Origin: a virus
Taxonomy: Duplodnaviria > Caudoviricetes
IMG/VR virus record: IMGVR_UViG_3300044731_000564
Coordinates: 1 to 59,800 of that record
Direction: 5' to 3' (one strand)
DNA: 59,800 nt
Part shown: one piece after another, positions 26,601 through 37,511 of the stretch
Layout of the letters: the number at the start of each line of letters is the position of its first letter
Position numbering within the stretch: position 1 is the first letter of the stretch
Program-made: the position numbers and the translations under genes
The notes under the pieces: model-generated
The model's database searches: none
Told to the model about the DNA's origin: nothing
Seen by the model: the letters and a program-made list of their open reading frames with translations, nothing else

Positions 26601-28638
26601 TATTAAGTTAGATAATCCACCAAAGGATGAAAAACTTATTTATGGTTACGATAAACCCAAAAGTGAACAAGTTTGGGAACGACCTTATCATTATACAGAT
26701 GAAACTTTTAATAAGCTAAGTTCTTATTATAAAGATGAAATAAAAAAGCAAGAAATAGAAAGAAGAGTATTAGGTTTTTGGTTTATGTTAAATGGAAAAC
26801 CAACCTACCTTACAGGAGATGCTTACTTTTATTTCACTCACTTTACAATAGATGGACAACACCCTTTATATATACATCACCAAGCAGAGGACTTTTACTT
26901 TTATAAGCATTGCGAAGAAGACCCATATTGCGAGGGTGTAATTATAATAAAACCAAGACAAGAAGGTTCAACAAGTAGGTTTCAATCTTTGTACCTTAAT
27001 CAAGGAACTTTAGAATTTAACGTACACTACGGTATTCAAAGCAAGTCGGGGGATGATGCTGAAAAGGTGAACTTTGACAAATTAGTTACATCATTCTCGT
27101 ACCTACCCGAATGGATGAAGCCTAACCTTCAAGGTACAGCATTCCCACCACACGAAGAATTAAGATTCGGTAAACCAAGAGTAACAAAGAAAAACGACGA
27201 AGCAAAGACATTCTTAAACACAGTTATAGATTGGAAGTCAACTGTATTCAACGCCTATGATGGTAAGAAATTAAAGAAATGGATAGGAGATGAATATTTA
27301 AAATTTCCCAAGACGTGCAGCTTTGATGATACGTGGAAGGTTGTAAGACCTGCGCTACGAAAGGCTAATGGTATGGCTTACATACTATCAACAATGGGAG
27401 AGGTAAATGAAGAGGCAGGTGATGTAGGAAGGAAACTATGGAAAGACAGCGACCCAAACAAGAGAACCGAAAACGGTAAAACTACAAGTGGGCTATACAG
27501 ATGGTTTGTTCCAAATTGGAGAGCATACTTTCACGAAACCTACAAAGGCAAACCACTAATCGACAAGTTTGGTTTTATTGATATTGAGAACGCAAAGAAG
27601 TTTATCAAGAACGAATACGATTCAAAGGAAACAGTAAAGGATAAGTTCTTCTTTGTAAGACAGAACCCTGCAAACGTAGAAGAAGCATTAAACTACGGTT
27701 CTTCAAGCAATGTATTTGACACTATAAGAATATCAAAAAGGCTTAATGAAATTGAAAAGTTTGAACCCACACAAGAGAGAGCAAAGCCATACTTAAATGG
27801 AAATTTATATTGGAAGGACAATATCAGATTCGGACAAGTAGTATTTAAGGAATCGAAAGATGGAGAAAGTGGTAAGTGGAACATATCTGACTTCCCTCAA
27901 TTAGCAGGGTTTGACAAGATAAATAACGTATTCAGAAAAGATGGTAAGATAAAGCACTTTGCTAATACCCCTTTCTTAGCAGGAGTTGACCCTTTTAGTT
28001 ATGACAATAAAGATGGTAAAGGATTTTCATTAGGAGCAATTTTAGTAAGGTTAAATTCTAATATGTATGCCAACGATAGGTCAAATAGGTACTGTTGCGA
28101 GTATATGTTTAGGGAAACACTATCTGAAATGTTTTATGAAGACGTAGCACTTACGTTATTCTTTTATGGTGCTAAGTTAAACTTTGAGAGAAGTGCTTAC
28201 AGTACGGGTCTTGAAAAGTTCTTAAAGAAACATGGACTTGTTGGATTCGCAATGAGAAGACCCGACGTAACAAAGAAGACTGCGTTTACAATGAGGGATA
28301 ATGAGTTGGGTACACCTGCATCGGAAGAAAATATAGCATTAGGTATTAGGTATATCGAAAATTATGTTTCAGAACCTAACCCATTAATAAACGAACATGA
28401 AATAGATTACTTAGATAACTTTTGGTTTGACAGAACACTAAAACAACTAATGGATTATAGTATAACAAACAAGACTAAGTTTGACTTAGTAGCAGCTATG
28501 ATTCAATGTGAGATTGGTTGTCAGCCCGATAAGAAAGTTTCAGAAGCAGCAAAAGACCACGTTAAAAATATGGAAGAAGTTTATAGATACCTGTTCAACA
28601 TTAAAGCCCCACAATCACAAATAAGAGAACTATCCTAA
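26575..28638 (+). CDS. terL: terminase large subunit
   Basis: Walker A KPRQEGST, Walker B WIGDE, motif C ILST, nuclease AGVDP...FE...KFDLV. Confidence 0.93.
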   Translation: MILNLQGYDIKLDNPPKDEKLIYGYDKPKSEQVWERPYHYTDETFNKLSSYYKDEIKKQEIERRVLGFWFMLNGKPTYLTGDAYFYFTHFTIDGQHPLYIHHQAEDFYFYKHCEEDPYCEGVIIIKPRQEGSTSRFQSLYLNQGTLEFNVHYGIQSKSGDDAEKVNFDKLVTSFSYLPEWMKPNLQGTAFPPHEELRFGKPRVTKKNDEAKTFLNTVIDWKSTVFNAYDGKKLKKWIGDEYLKFPKTCSFDDTWKVVRPALRKANGMAYILSTMGEVNEEAGDVGRKLWKDSDPNKRTENGKTTSGLYRWFVPNWRAYFHETYKGKPLIDKFGFIDIENAKKFIKNEYDSKETVKDKFFFVRQNPANVEEALNYGSSSNVFDTIRISKRLNEIEKFEPTQERAKPYLNGNLYWKDNIRFGQVVFKESKDGESGKWNISDFPQLAGFDKINNVFRKDGKIKHFANTPFLAGVDPFSYDNKDGKGFSLGAILVRLNSNMYANDRSNRYCCEYMFRETLSEMFYEDVALTLFFYGAKLNFERSAYSTGLEKFLKKHGLVGFAMRRPDVTKKTAFTMRDNELGTPASEENIALGIRYIENYVSEPNPLINEHEIDYLDNFWFDRTLKQLMDYSITNKTKFDLVAAMIQCEIGCQPDKKVSEAAKDHVKNMEEVYRYLFNIKAPQSQIRELS

Positions 28639-31001
28639 TGAAAAAAGATACAAATGTTTACGACTATAATTTTCATCTTATTCCTAAAGAAGAAAAAGAT
28701 GCTGCGTGGGGCTTGGCGTACTTTAAGTCGAAGTTTCCAACGATGTCAACCATAAATGGCTATAATGCAGACTTGTTAAATACTATTAGATTGTATGGTA
28801 TGAGTAAGCAACCTGAAAGTATATATAAAAAAATGTTTAACCCACAAGGTTATATGTCTAATGGTACTGCCACAAAGCAAAATGATTATACGGGTTTACA
28901 ATGGAATATACTTAGCCCATTAAAGAAATATAAAGATATAGTAATCTCAAACATAACATCAAAGATAGAAGTAGAGTGTAATGCGATTGATGAGATAGCA
29001 AATAATCAAAGACAAAAAGATAAACTTTTACTTAAACTAAAAAAACAGACAGACGATTACTTAGCACAAATAAGCAAAAGAATAAAGTTACCATCACCGA
29101 TGAAGTCTAACTTCGTAGAAGATGAGAGTGTAGGAAAAGAAGGGCTATCTGAATTTAAAGACATTGACTTTGACTTTAGCAACGATGTAGAGTTGCAGAT
29201 GTATATGGACATATACTACAAGCAGTCGGTTGAGATAGCAAATGAAATGTGCATCAACACAATATTTGCTTTAAATGAGATAGATAATATATTCGATGAG
29301 ATAAGAAATGATATGTTAGACTTTGGGGTTGCAGCAATACAACCGATGATGGACAACAATACTTGTATGCCTAAGTTTAAGTGGCTACAAATAGCAAACA
29401 TATTAGTAGGTGGTGGAATAAGAAAGGACTATAAGGACATTGAGTATTGGGCTTATAACGAACTTGCAACTGTTAATCAGTTAATAGGTATGTTAGGAAA
29501 GAAGCTAACACCCGACGATGTAAGAGAAATATTTAAGTATGGAGTTATAACAAATGGTTACTACCAAAATGGTGTGTACAATACAAATTGGAGCAATGGA
29601 GTTAATGGTGCGATAGATTTTGAAAAAGTAACAAGATATGACTACGACCAAGTAAAAGTAGGAATAAGCTACTTCGCATTTAAAAGTCAGAACTACGAAA
29701 CAACAGAGTACGCTAAGACAAAGTATGGAACTACCAAAGCAAAAAAGAGAAAGTCTGATTACAAAAAAGAAAACGGAAACAAAGAATCAGAAGTAAAACA
29801 AGAGTGGGGTCAAGTAGTATATAAGGGCTACTACATATTAGGAATGGACAAGGTTTACGACTTCGGACTTCTTAATAACATGGTTAGAAAAGAGGGTCAA
29901 GAGGAGTTAGTAATGCTTGACATAATAATACAAAAGGCTTCTGATAAGAGTTTTACAGAGTTGTGCATACCGTTAGCAGATGGAATACAGTTAGCATTTT
30001 TAAAACTACAATTAGAGTTATTGAAGTCTATACCGAGTGGTTTTGCTTTTAGCATTGATAGACTTGCTGAAATAGCCTTTGGCGATAGTGGCAAGATGTC
30101 GCAGTTAGAGGTAATGAGAATGTTTACTCAAACGGGTAACTTCCCATACAAAGAGTTAGACGAAGATGGAAACCCAATAGCAGCAAGTGGTGCAAAGCCA
30201 ATAGACAGACTTCCAAACGGAGTTTCAGAATCAATAAACGGATATATAATGTCAATAAATTTCTATACCCAACAGATAGAAATGATGATAGGATATAATC
30301 AAGTAACAGCAGGTCAGCTACCTGCACCAAGAACAAGTGCAGCAGCAACAAACATAGCAGCAGAGGCAAGTGGACACGCAGTTAGACATTTAAGTAGTGC
30401 TATAAACAATATGGTTAAGAACCTTGCTACCTATACGGGTTCTTTAATTCAAGACATGGCTTCTTATGGTGGTGCAGGTTGGGAATCAATGAAGGACATG
30501 ATAGGTGAATCAAATATGAATGTTATCAAATCAATGGACAAGATAGCACTTCATAGGTTCAATATATTCTGTGTAGAAAAGTTAAACAAGATAGAGTTAG
30601 AACAGTTCAAGCAGTTTGTAATGGCAGCATACCAAAAACAAGAGATTGACTTAGCCGATGTATTGCTTGTATGGTTTTTAAATGATTATAAACAAGCGGT
30701 AGCGTTATTTAATATTAAAAGAAAGAAACAGATGGCTTTAGCACAACAATCTCAAATGGCTCAAATGCAACAACAACAACAGATGATGGCAGCACAAGCA
30801 CAATTAACACAAGCAATGGCTCAATTAGAAGCACAGACTAAGTTACAGTCAGTTGACATGAGAGGAAAGTTTGATGTAGCAATAGAACAAATGAAACAAG
30901 AAGGTAGGCTACAAGCAACTCAAATTCAAGGTGCAAACAAAGACCAAATGATTAAAACTAAGGGCAACGAAGACCTTAAAAAAGAATTATTAAAGCAGTA
31001 A
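28638..31001 (+). CDS. portal protein
   Basis: 787 aa directly after TerL; helical with Q/A/M-rich C-terminal barrel as in P22/crAss-type portals. Confidence 0.85.
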   Translation: MKKDTNVYDYNFHLIPKEEKDAAWGLAYFKSKFPTMSTINGYNADLLNTIRLYGMSKQPESIYKKMFNPQGYMSNGTATKQNDYTGLQWNILSPLKKYKDIVISNITSKIEVECNAIDEIANNQRQKDKLLLKLKKQTDDYLAQISKRIKLPSPMKSNFVEDESVGKEGLSEFKDIDFDFSNDVELQMYMDIYYKQSVEIANEMCINTIFALNEIDNIFDEIRNDMLDFGVAAIQPMMDNNTCMPKFKWLQIANILVGGGIRKDYKDIEYWAYNELATVNQLIGMLGKKLTPDDVREIFKYGVITNGYYQNGVYNTNWSNGVNGAIDFEKVTRYDYDQVKVGISYFAFKSQNYETTEYAKTKYGTTKAKKRKSDYKKENGNKESEVKQEWGQVVYKGYYILGMDKVYDFGLLNNMVRKEGQEELVMLDIIIQKASDKSFTELCIPLADGIQLAFLKLQLELLKSIPSGFAFSIDRLAEIAFGDSGKMSQLEVMRMFTQTGNFPYKELDEDGNPIAASGAKPIDRLPNGVSESINGYIMSINFYTQQIEMMIGYNQVTAGQLPAPRTSAAATNIAAEASGHAVRHLSSAINNMVKNLATYTGSLIQDMASYGGAGWESMKDMIGESNMNVIKSMDKIALHRFNIFCVEKLNKIELEQFKQFVMAAYQKQEIDLADVLLVWFLNDYKQAVALFNIKRKKQMALAQQSQMAQMQQQQQMMAAQAQLTQAMAQLEAQTKLQSVDMRGKFDVAIEQMKQEGRLQATQIQGANKDQMIKTKGNEDLKKELLKQ

Positions 31002-31003
31002 TA

Positions 31004-31021
31004 AGTTCAAATAAACATTTC
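31004..31021 (+). promoter_or_regulatory. late-gene motif AGTTCAAATA(AACATTTC)
   Basis: Also at 22616, 32068 and 33497, each in an intergenic gap upstream of a start codon. Confidence 0.55.
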
Positions 31022-31043
31022 TAAACAATTAAAAATAATAACA

Positions 31044-32060
31044 ATGAGTAACACATTAGAAGAATTAGGCAAAGAAATAATTGCCGACAAGCAAAAAGAA
31101 GCACAAGAATTAGAAGCTAAAAAATTAGCGGAGCAACAAGCACAGCCTAATACACCTATCAACTACGATGATATTGATGATGAAACATTTAGGAAGATAG
31201 CCGAAAAAAAGGGTATATCATTTAAAAAAGAAGATACAGAAACAGAGGAGCAAAAGAACAAAAGATTAAAAGACGAAGAGAACGACTTCTACTCTTTTGC
31301 TATCACTAAAGCAAACCTAAAGCCCGAAGATTTAGCAAAGCCTAATCTTGTAAAAGAAAAGGCAGACAAAGATTTAGTATATGAAGATTTCAGAGCAAAG
31401 CAATTAGAAACAAGCAAGAATCTAAGTGAGGCTATCATTAAAAAAAGATTTGACAAGATATACGGTGTCGAAGAATTTAATGCATACGAAGAAGATGAAG
31501 ACTACAACACTCAAAAAGAAGAATACGAATTAGACAAAGAGTGGAAAGAATCATTGCTTAAACTAAGAGCAGAAAAACTAAGAGGCAAAGTAGAGAAGCC
31601 TATACTTAATGCAAAGGAAGAATATAAAAGGTTTAAGGACAACCAAAAAATTAGTTACCAAGCAAATGAAAAAATAGATAACTTTGCAAGTAAATTAACT
31701 TCGGAATACATATATACGTCGGATGAATTTGGAGATTTACCGATTAAAATAGAAAACTTCGATAGTTATAAAAAACAGTTGGTTGACGATTTAAGACAAA
31801 CAGCTTTGATAGTTTTACATAACAATCCGAATGGGAATTTGGATGTTATAGATGGGTTAGCAAAAGATAGAATCTATGCAGACCACAGAAAACAAATTGA
31901 AGCCGCAATTAAATCAAGGGCATACAACGAAGGAGTGTTAGAAGGCAAAAGACCGTTTAAAAATCCAATTACTGAACCTGTTAATACGGGAGTACAACAG
32001 ACCGATGTTCAGAAAAAGATTGAAGCAATAATTAATGCGGCTCAAAGCAAACGAGTATAA
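31044..32060 (+). CDS. putative capsid scaffolding protein
   Basis: Highly charged helical protein between portal and major capsid. Confidence 0.6.
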   Translation: MSNTLEELGKEIIADKQKEAQELEAKKLAEQQAQPNTPINYDDIDDETFRKIAEKKGISFKKEDTETEEQKNKRLKDEENDFYSFAITKANLKPEDLAKPNLVKEKADKDLVYEDFRAKQLETSKNLSEAIIKKRFDKIYGVEEFNAYEEDEDYNTQKEEYELDKEWKESLLKLRAEKLRGKVEKPILNAKEEYKRFKDNQKISYQANEKIDNFASKLTSEYIYTSDEFGDLPIKIENFDSYKKQLVDDLRQTALIVLHNNPNGNLDVIDGLAKDRIYADHRKQIEAAIKSRAYNEGVLEGKRPFKNPITEPVNTGVQQTDVQKKIEAIINAAQSKRV

Positions 32061-32109
32061 CACTCATAGTTCAAATATAAAATTAACGTAAAAAAATAAT
32101 AATTATACT

Positions 32110-33489
32110 ATGTCTAATTATATGCAAAATAACATACCCTCAACGGGTAATGATTTAGGCGTAAGTGCGGTGTATTTCAATTCAGTTGAACAAGCTAACA
32201 TACACCCATATTACATGAGAAAAATTGTTCAGCCTTTCGGAAACCAAAGATTAACTTCTTATATTTCTGAAAACTCAACGCCATCAACAAGACCTGCGGC
32301 AACTTACTTTCACAATGAAACAGAAAGATTCCAACAACCAATATATGTACAAACTACTATTGCGGCAGCAGGTGCAGGATTACCTGTTACAATCACAATT
32401 CAACCTGCATCATTAGTAGGAACAAAATCACCGTTAGCGGTTGGTTTCCAAATCTTATTTAATGATGATTCAGTTGGACAGATTACAGCTATCCCTGCTG
32501 AAAACACATTTACAATCGAACCTGCACTATCTACACAAACAATTAGTGTAACAGCAGGTGAGGCTTTAGTGTTCTTCCCTGTTTCAAATGTAACAGAGGG
32601 TTCATGTGCAGGTAATTCGGGATTAAGAAAACTTCCTGTATTATTCAACAACTCAATGCAACAAGTTAGATTAGATGAAACTATTACTGACGAGGCTTAT
32701 GCTTCATTCAGCGAAGATGTTACATTCTTTGATTGGGCAGGTGCAGATGGTAACTCTTACAAGTGTTGGACTTCGGCTACATTGAAAGACAGAGAAACAC
32801 AATTCCATAACGGTATTGAAATGACTGCATTAACAGGACTTCAGTTCACTAATGGTACTCTTACAGGAGATGGTTTCAGAGGTACAAACGGTGTATTGCC
32901 TATCATCAGACAGTACGGTAATCAAATTCCTTACTTCGGTAACGCAGGTGTTCAGGTAACTGACTTTGAATTTATGATGACACAAGCAATCATAGACAAA
33001 GCACCTAAGTCTTATATCGTATCAGCAGGTGTTGATTTCGTTAAAGATGCTAACAAGGCTTTGAAGGATTACTTTATCAATGGTGCAGTTACTTACGGCA
33101 ACATGGGTGGAGAAGGGAACTCATTATCTTGGGGATTCGATTCTTACAAGTTCATGGGTGTAACTCTCAACTTCCAAACCAACGAAACCTTCAACGACCC
33201 TTCATTCTTAGGCGCAGCAGGTTACAATTACAGAGGTTCAGCAGTTTGTATGCCTACCGAGAAAATGGTTAAAGGTAATGCAAATGTTAACTATGTAGAG
33301 TTAGTTAGATTACAAGGTCAATGCTCTCCTGTACTTGGCTATCAGCACTATGTAGTTGATGGAACAGGTATGCTTCAAAATTCATATTTCAGACCGACTT
33401 CTTGCAGAAAGATGACATTCACTTGGTTCGACCAAATTGGTGTTGAAGTTTTTGCAGCACGTCACTTGTATATGTTCCAAAAAGGATAG
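32110..33489 (+). CDS. major capsid protein
   Basis: 459 aa; position after portal/scaffold; strongly biased codon usage (TTC, AAC, GGT); HK97-like layout with insertion domain, GFRGTNGVL. Confidence 0.82.
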   Translation: MSNYMQNNIPSTGNDLGVSAVYFNSVEQANIHPYYMRKIVQPFGNQRLTSYISENSTPSTRPAATYFHNETERFQQPIYVQTTIAAAGAGLPVTITIQPASLVGTKSPLAVGFQILFNDDSVGQITAIPAENTFTIEPALSTQTISVTAGEALVFFPVSNVTEGSCAGNSGLRKLPVLFNNSMQQVRLDETITDEAYASFSEDVTFFDWAGADGNSYKCWTSATLKDRETQFHNGIEMTALTGLQFTNGTLTGDGFRGTNGVLPIIRQYGNQIPYFGNAGVQVTDFEFMMTQAIIDKAPKSYIVSAGVDFVKDANKALKDYFINGAVTYGNMGGEGNSLSWGFDSYKFMGVTLNFQTNETFNDPSFLGAAGYNYRGSAVCMPTEKMVKGNANVNYVELVRLQGQCSPVLGYQHYVVDGTGMLQNSYFRPTSCRKMTFTWFDQIGVEVFAARHLYMFQKG

Positions 33490-33534
33490 TTAAATCAGTT
33501 CAAATAAACATTTCATATTAAAAAAATAAAAATC

Positions 33535-34380
33535 ATGGCTTTAATTCACTATACTACCCCAAACAAAAGTTCAGCTTACACTATCGCAGGGACACCTATT
33601 AATAGAAATATAACGGTAATCCCAAATAGATGTATTGTCACTATAAATGGTTCACCAACGAACCTTAGATATATTTATGGATGCAATACAATATTATTAG
33701 AGGAGCAAGTTAAGTTGGGGTACAAAGAGGATAGAAAGATAGAAGATAGGGATGTAATTAGACTTATCAACGGAAACCATTTTTCAGATGATGCCGACAA
33801 GACAAGAATAGAATACCTTGACAAATGCTCTTATAACAGAGATGCAGAGGGTAGAGATAAGTCTATTCAACCATTGTTTTATCGTGTTGACTATGTAAAA
33901 GAAAGCACAGTTAATGTGCAACTTGAAATGGCTATGTATGAGGCTAAGAAACTAATACTTGAAACACTTAAAAAAGATTCAGTTAAACTTAGAAGGGTTG
34001 GAGAAATTCTTTTAGGTAATATTGATTCACAAGAGGATATTCAAATAATAGAATCGCTATTGACTATTGCTAATAAATTTGAAAACAATAATAAAGACAA
34101 GTCGGGTGCTAATAAAATATTAGCAACTTACAAGTCAATCTCAAATGACTTATCAGAGAAAATTGATGAGTTAATTAAAGAGAAAATTATTGTTCCATCG
34201 GCTACCAAAGTAATTACAGTAGAGGATAATAAAGAACTTATCTCATTTAAAGTTGGAAGTCCTTTTAAGAAAAAATTAGAAGATTTCTTTCAGACCAAAG
34301 ATGGAGAAGCACAACTATTAGTACTCGAAGAGTTACTTAGTACCAAGAAGAAAAATTCATTAGCATCACAAACAGTTTAG
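33535..34380 (+). CDS. hypothetical virion-module protein
   Basis: ORF directly after MCP. Confidence 0.7.
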   Translation: MALIHYTTPNKSSAYTIAGTPINRNITVIPNRCIVTINGSPTNLRYIYGCNTILLEEQVKLGYKEDRKIEDRDVIRLINGNHFSDDADKTRIEYLDKCSYNRDAEGRDKSIQPLFYRVDYVKESTVNVQLEMAMYEAKKLILETLKKDSVKLRRVGEILLGNIDSQEDIQIIESLLTIANKFENNNKDKSGANKILATYKSISNDLSEKIDELIKEKIIVPSATKVITVEDNKELISFKVGSPFKKKLEDFFQTKDGEAQLLVLEELLSTKKKNSLASQTV

Positions 34381-34413
34381 ATTTAACAATAACCACTTAA
34401 AAAAAATAATACA

Positions 34414-34776
34414 ATGGCTAATATAATCAAAGCAGGTGTGTTAAGAAGAAACTCAAATTGGTTGGGTAGCGGATTAACACTTAATGCACAAACATTCAAT
34501 GTAGCAGACATTGAGAACGTTAGAAATTGCTACGTGAAGGACACGTACAACTTCGATATTTCAACACCTCAATTAGTAGGTGGAGAGATACCTAATGATT
34601 CACCACTAATCGTAGGCGCGGAAGAAGCAATTGCATTTACTTACAGAGATGGTGCTGATGCACGTTTCACACGTTATGTAATTAGCGGAAACCAAGCAAC
34701 CTTTATTACGGCTCTTAATGATGCTAACAACATCACTACATTAAGCCCTGTAAACGGTTACACGTTAGTAGGATAG
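34414..34776 (+). CDS. putative capsid decoration/structural protein
   Basis: High-expression codon bias; followed by terminator. Confidence 0.55.
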   Translation: MANIIKAGVLRRNSNWLGSGLTLNAQTFNVADIENVRNCYVKDTYNFDISTPQLVGGEIPNDSPLIVGAEEAIAFTYRDGADARFTRYVISGNQATFITALNDANNITTLSPVNGYTLVG

Positions 34777-34802
34777 TTTAAATTAATTAACTTAACAATA
34801 TA

Positions 34803-34834
34803 ATGGTGGGGGAGTAAAATCCCCTACCATTTAT
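34803..34834 (+). terminator. intrinsic terminator-like hairpin
   Basis: ATGGTGGGGGA-GTAAAA-TCCCCTACCAT then TTAT, ending the capsid genes. Confidence 0.7.
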
Positions 34835-34848
34835 TAACATTACAAACT

Positions 34849-36480
34849 ATGGGTTTAGTAATAAATAGTGCCAATATAGTTGAATTTGATTATTCAGTAA
34901 ATTACAATCTAAATTCAGAGGAAGTAACAATGATTAGCGAAACTACCTATCAAACGGGTGGTGCAGCAAATGTTATAGGTATTAACTTTAGTATTACATC
35001 GCCTTCGGGAGATACATACTACGATAATACAAACTTCCTATTGCCTGATATTTCACCTTTGTCCATAGACCAATCATTCTCCAAAGATATGATAACCTTT
35101 GCAGGTTCAGTTCAGTATGGAGTGTGGACTATTGTAGGTAGTATAAAAGACCAAGATGGTACTATATACACCCTTACTAAGACACAAGATATTTGTAAGC
35201 CAAAATCAAATTCATCAACACAAGGTAGCGATAGTTATGCCACAGTAGGGGTATCATTAGACTGCAACCAAAACTTATTAATTTATCAAGACAAGACTAC
35301 CTATACCTATCAGAGTGTAAGGAGTACAAGTGTTGTCTATTCGGGTATCATGCAGTACCCTGCAAGTGCAGAACTATCTAACCTTGCATTTACAAGTTCA
35401 TTCTTTGTTGATTCACCCGTTTATGATGGCAGCTATATCTTTACAGTAGATAATGTTGCTACATATGACTTCGATGATTTACAGAGCGTAACAATTGCTT
35501 ACACAGCAACAAAGACATTTAAGGCTCAATGTGTTTCTTTATGTAACATTAGATGTGCCTTTGAAAAATATTTTGCAGTATATACAACAGCACTTGCCAA
35601 CGGAAGCAAGAACCTTAATACTATTAAGGACAATATGCTTTCGTTAATAGGATATATAAAGAGTGCTGAATTTGCTATATCATGTGGTGGAGATGCAAGT
35701 GATTCAATTACTGCAATAGAAGACATTACGGGATATGAGTGTGATTGTGGTTGTGGGCAAGGAGTAGCGAGGGGTGTATTCACAATGCAAAACATAATAG
35801 TAAAGGCAGGTGAAGGAGATATAACAGTATCAACATCAACAGTAGGTAAGACAACTACATTTACTATTAACGATATAACCTATGTCATAGAAACAAATAC
35901 AAGCGGAGTAACAATAACAACAGAAACAGTAGGTGGAGTTACTACCTATACTATTGATGTCTGTGTTGATGTGCTACCTATATGTAATTCAATAACAATA
36001 CAAGGAATAGACGATGAAGATATAGACGTAGAAGAATCACAAGGGTTTCCAAGTGGTTCGTTATTAAGTTCTTTATTTGCTTATATATCAACTCAATTCA
36101 GCAATTTAAAAACATTATTAGGAACACCAAATTGGATTGATATTGATGATGCTGATTTAGATAATGGTTGGACTGTTAATGGAACTCTTCAATATAGAAA
36201 GAACGCAATTAATGGAGTAGAAGTAAGAGGTAGCATATTTGCTATCGACCCATTAAACAATCTTATAACAACACTACCTGTTGGATTTACACCTGCAACA
36301 ACTTATTTTGAGTTTACACAGTTAACAACTATTGGTTATGCGTTAGGAAATTCAGACCCAATAACTTGTCGTATTGAAATATTAACAACAGGAGAGGTTT
36401 CTCTTACATATAAAGATTCTGTACCTGCAAGTGGAACATATTATTTATATCTTGACTTTATTAAATTCTCAACAGTATAA
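34849..36480 (+). CDS. structural protein, beta-rich with Cys cluster and fibre-like C-terminal domain
   Basis: Ig-like T/S/Y-rich N-part, ECDCGCG, C-terminal NGW...LQYRK...VEVRG...TLPVGFTP receptor-binding-like motif. Confidence 0.65.
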   Translation: MGLVINSANIVEFDYSVNYNLNSEEVTMISETTYQTGGAANVIGINFSITSPSGDTYYDNTNFLLPDISPLSIDQSFSKDMITFAGSVQYGVWTIVGSIKDQDGTIYTLTKTQDICKPKSNSSTQGSDSYATVGVSLDCNQNLLIYQDKTTYTYQSVRSTSVVYSGIMQYPASAELSNLAFTSSFFVDSPVYDGSYIFTVDNVATYDFDDLQSVTIAYTATKTFKAQCVSLCNIRCAFEKYFAVYTTALANGSKNLNTIKDNMLSLIGYIKSAEFAISCGGDASDSITAIEDITGYECDCGCGQGVARGVFTMQNIIVKAGEGDITVSTSTVGKTTTFTINDITYVIETNTSGVTITTETVGGVTTYTIDVCVDVLPICNSITIQGIDDEDIDVEESQGFPSGSLLSSLFAYISTQFSNLKTLLGTPNWIDIDDADLDNGWTVNGTLQYRKNAINGVEVRGSIFAIDPLNNLITTLPVGFTPATTYFEFTQLTTIGYALGNSDPITCRIEILTTGEVSLTYKDSVPASGTYYLYLDFIKFSTV

Positions 36481-37181
36481 TGGTATCAGTAAATTCAGTT
36501 TATCAAAAGGTATTACTACTCACTAACAAGTCGGGTGGTGCAGGGTACTTAGTTCCCGAAGATTTTAATAACTATATAGCAATGGTTAATACCGACAAGA
36601 TGAACAATGAGTTTAGCAGATTTCAACAAACTCAAAAGGTTACAGATACGGTAAAGCCATTTATAGTTACTAAGAACATACCTATATCATCTAACGGTAA
36701 AGTATTATATCCTGATGACTACTATTTTTTCTTAGCATTAGGAACGTATAATAAAGATGAATATGTTTCTGAAACTGCAAAGTGCAACGATGAAGGTATC
36801 ACACCTAACTATAACAACATAACACAAGTACCTATTAAGCTAATAGATAATGATAAGTTTAGAGTAAGAAATTTATCTCCACTATATGTAGGTAATACCG
36901 ACTTTCCTTTTGCTACTATGTACAACGATTATATCCAAGTAGCACCAAGAAACTTAGGGGTATGCTTTATGGACTACCTTAAAACACCAAGCACACCTTT
37001 TTGGGGATATACTACCGATATTTATGGCTTACCCGTTTATGATTCTGCAACAAGTACAGACTTTGATTGGGATGAGAATACAGAGAACGATTTAGTAAGA
37101 ATGATTTGCCTGTACTTTGGAGTAGAGGTAAGGGAGTATGAATTTAGCAAATTAGTAATTCAAGCAAATGAAGCACCATGA
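36480..37181 (+). CDS. putative tail ring/adaptor protein
   Basis: VYQKV...NK...GY..PEDFN, YPDDY, DYLKTP..P.WGY pattern seen in crAss-like/podoviral adaptors. Confidence 0.65.
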   Translation: MVSVNSVYQKVLLLTNKSGGAGYLVPEDFNNYIAMVNTDKMNNEFSRFQQTQKVTDTVKPFIVTKNIPISSNGKVLYPDDYYFFLALGTYNKDEYVSETAKCNDEGITPNYNNITQVPIKLIDNDKFRVRNLSPLYVGNTDFPFATMYNDYIQVAPRNLGVCFMDYLKTPSTPFWGYTTDIYGLPVYDSATSTDFDWDENTENDLVRMICLYFGVEVREYEFSKLVIQANEAP

Positions 37182-37510
37182 TAGAATTTTTTTCAGTAAT
37201 AATTATTATAACACTATGGATTAATGGTTTATACATTCTAATAAAAGATGGAATGATATTAGGGTTCATTAGTCAATGGAAGCAAGACTTAATTAACAAG
37301 ATAACTCACTTACCACAAACTAATTATTGGGTATCAATTTTATTAAAACCTATAATGACTTGCAGACCTTGTATGAGTTCTGTACATGGAATAATAGTTT
37401 ATATGTTGTGTGTTATTTCTTTAGGAGTTAAGTTTAGTTTCGTTATACTTTTGCTAACTTTGATTTGTACAGTTCCAATCGTTTATTTAACTACTAAAAT
37501 TATAAAGTAG
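37178..37510 (+). CDS. small membrane protein with CxxC
   Basis: Three hydrophobic segments; KPIMTCRPCMSS. Confidence 0.7.
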   Translation: MIEFFSVIIIITLWINGLYILIKDGMILGFISQWKQDLINKITHLPQTNYWVSILLKPIMTCRPCMSSVHGIIVYMLCVISLGVKFSFVILLLTLICTVPIVYLTTKIIK

Positions 37511-37511
37511 A

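Noticed and set aside
30720-30900. CAA/GCA-rich repeat-like tract
   Set aside because: Explained by the Q/A/M-rich coiled-coil tail of the portal protein
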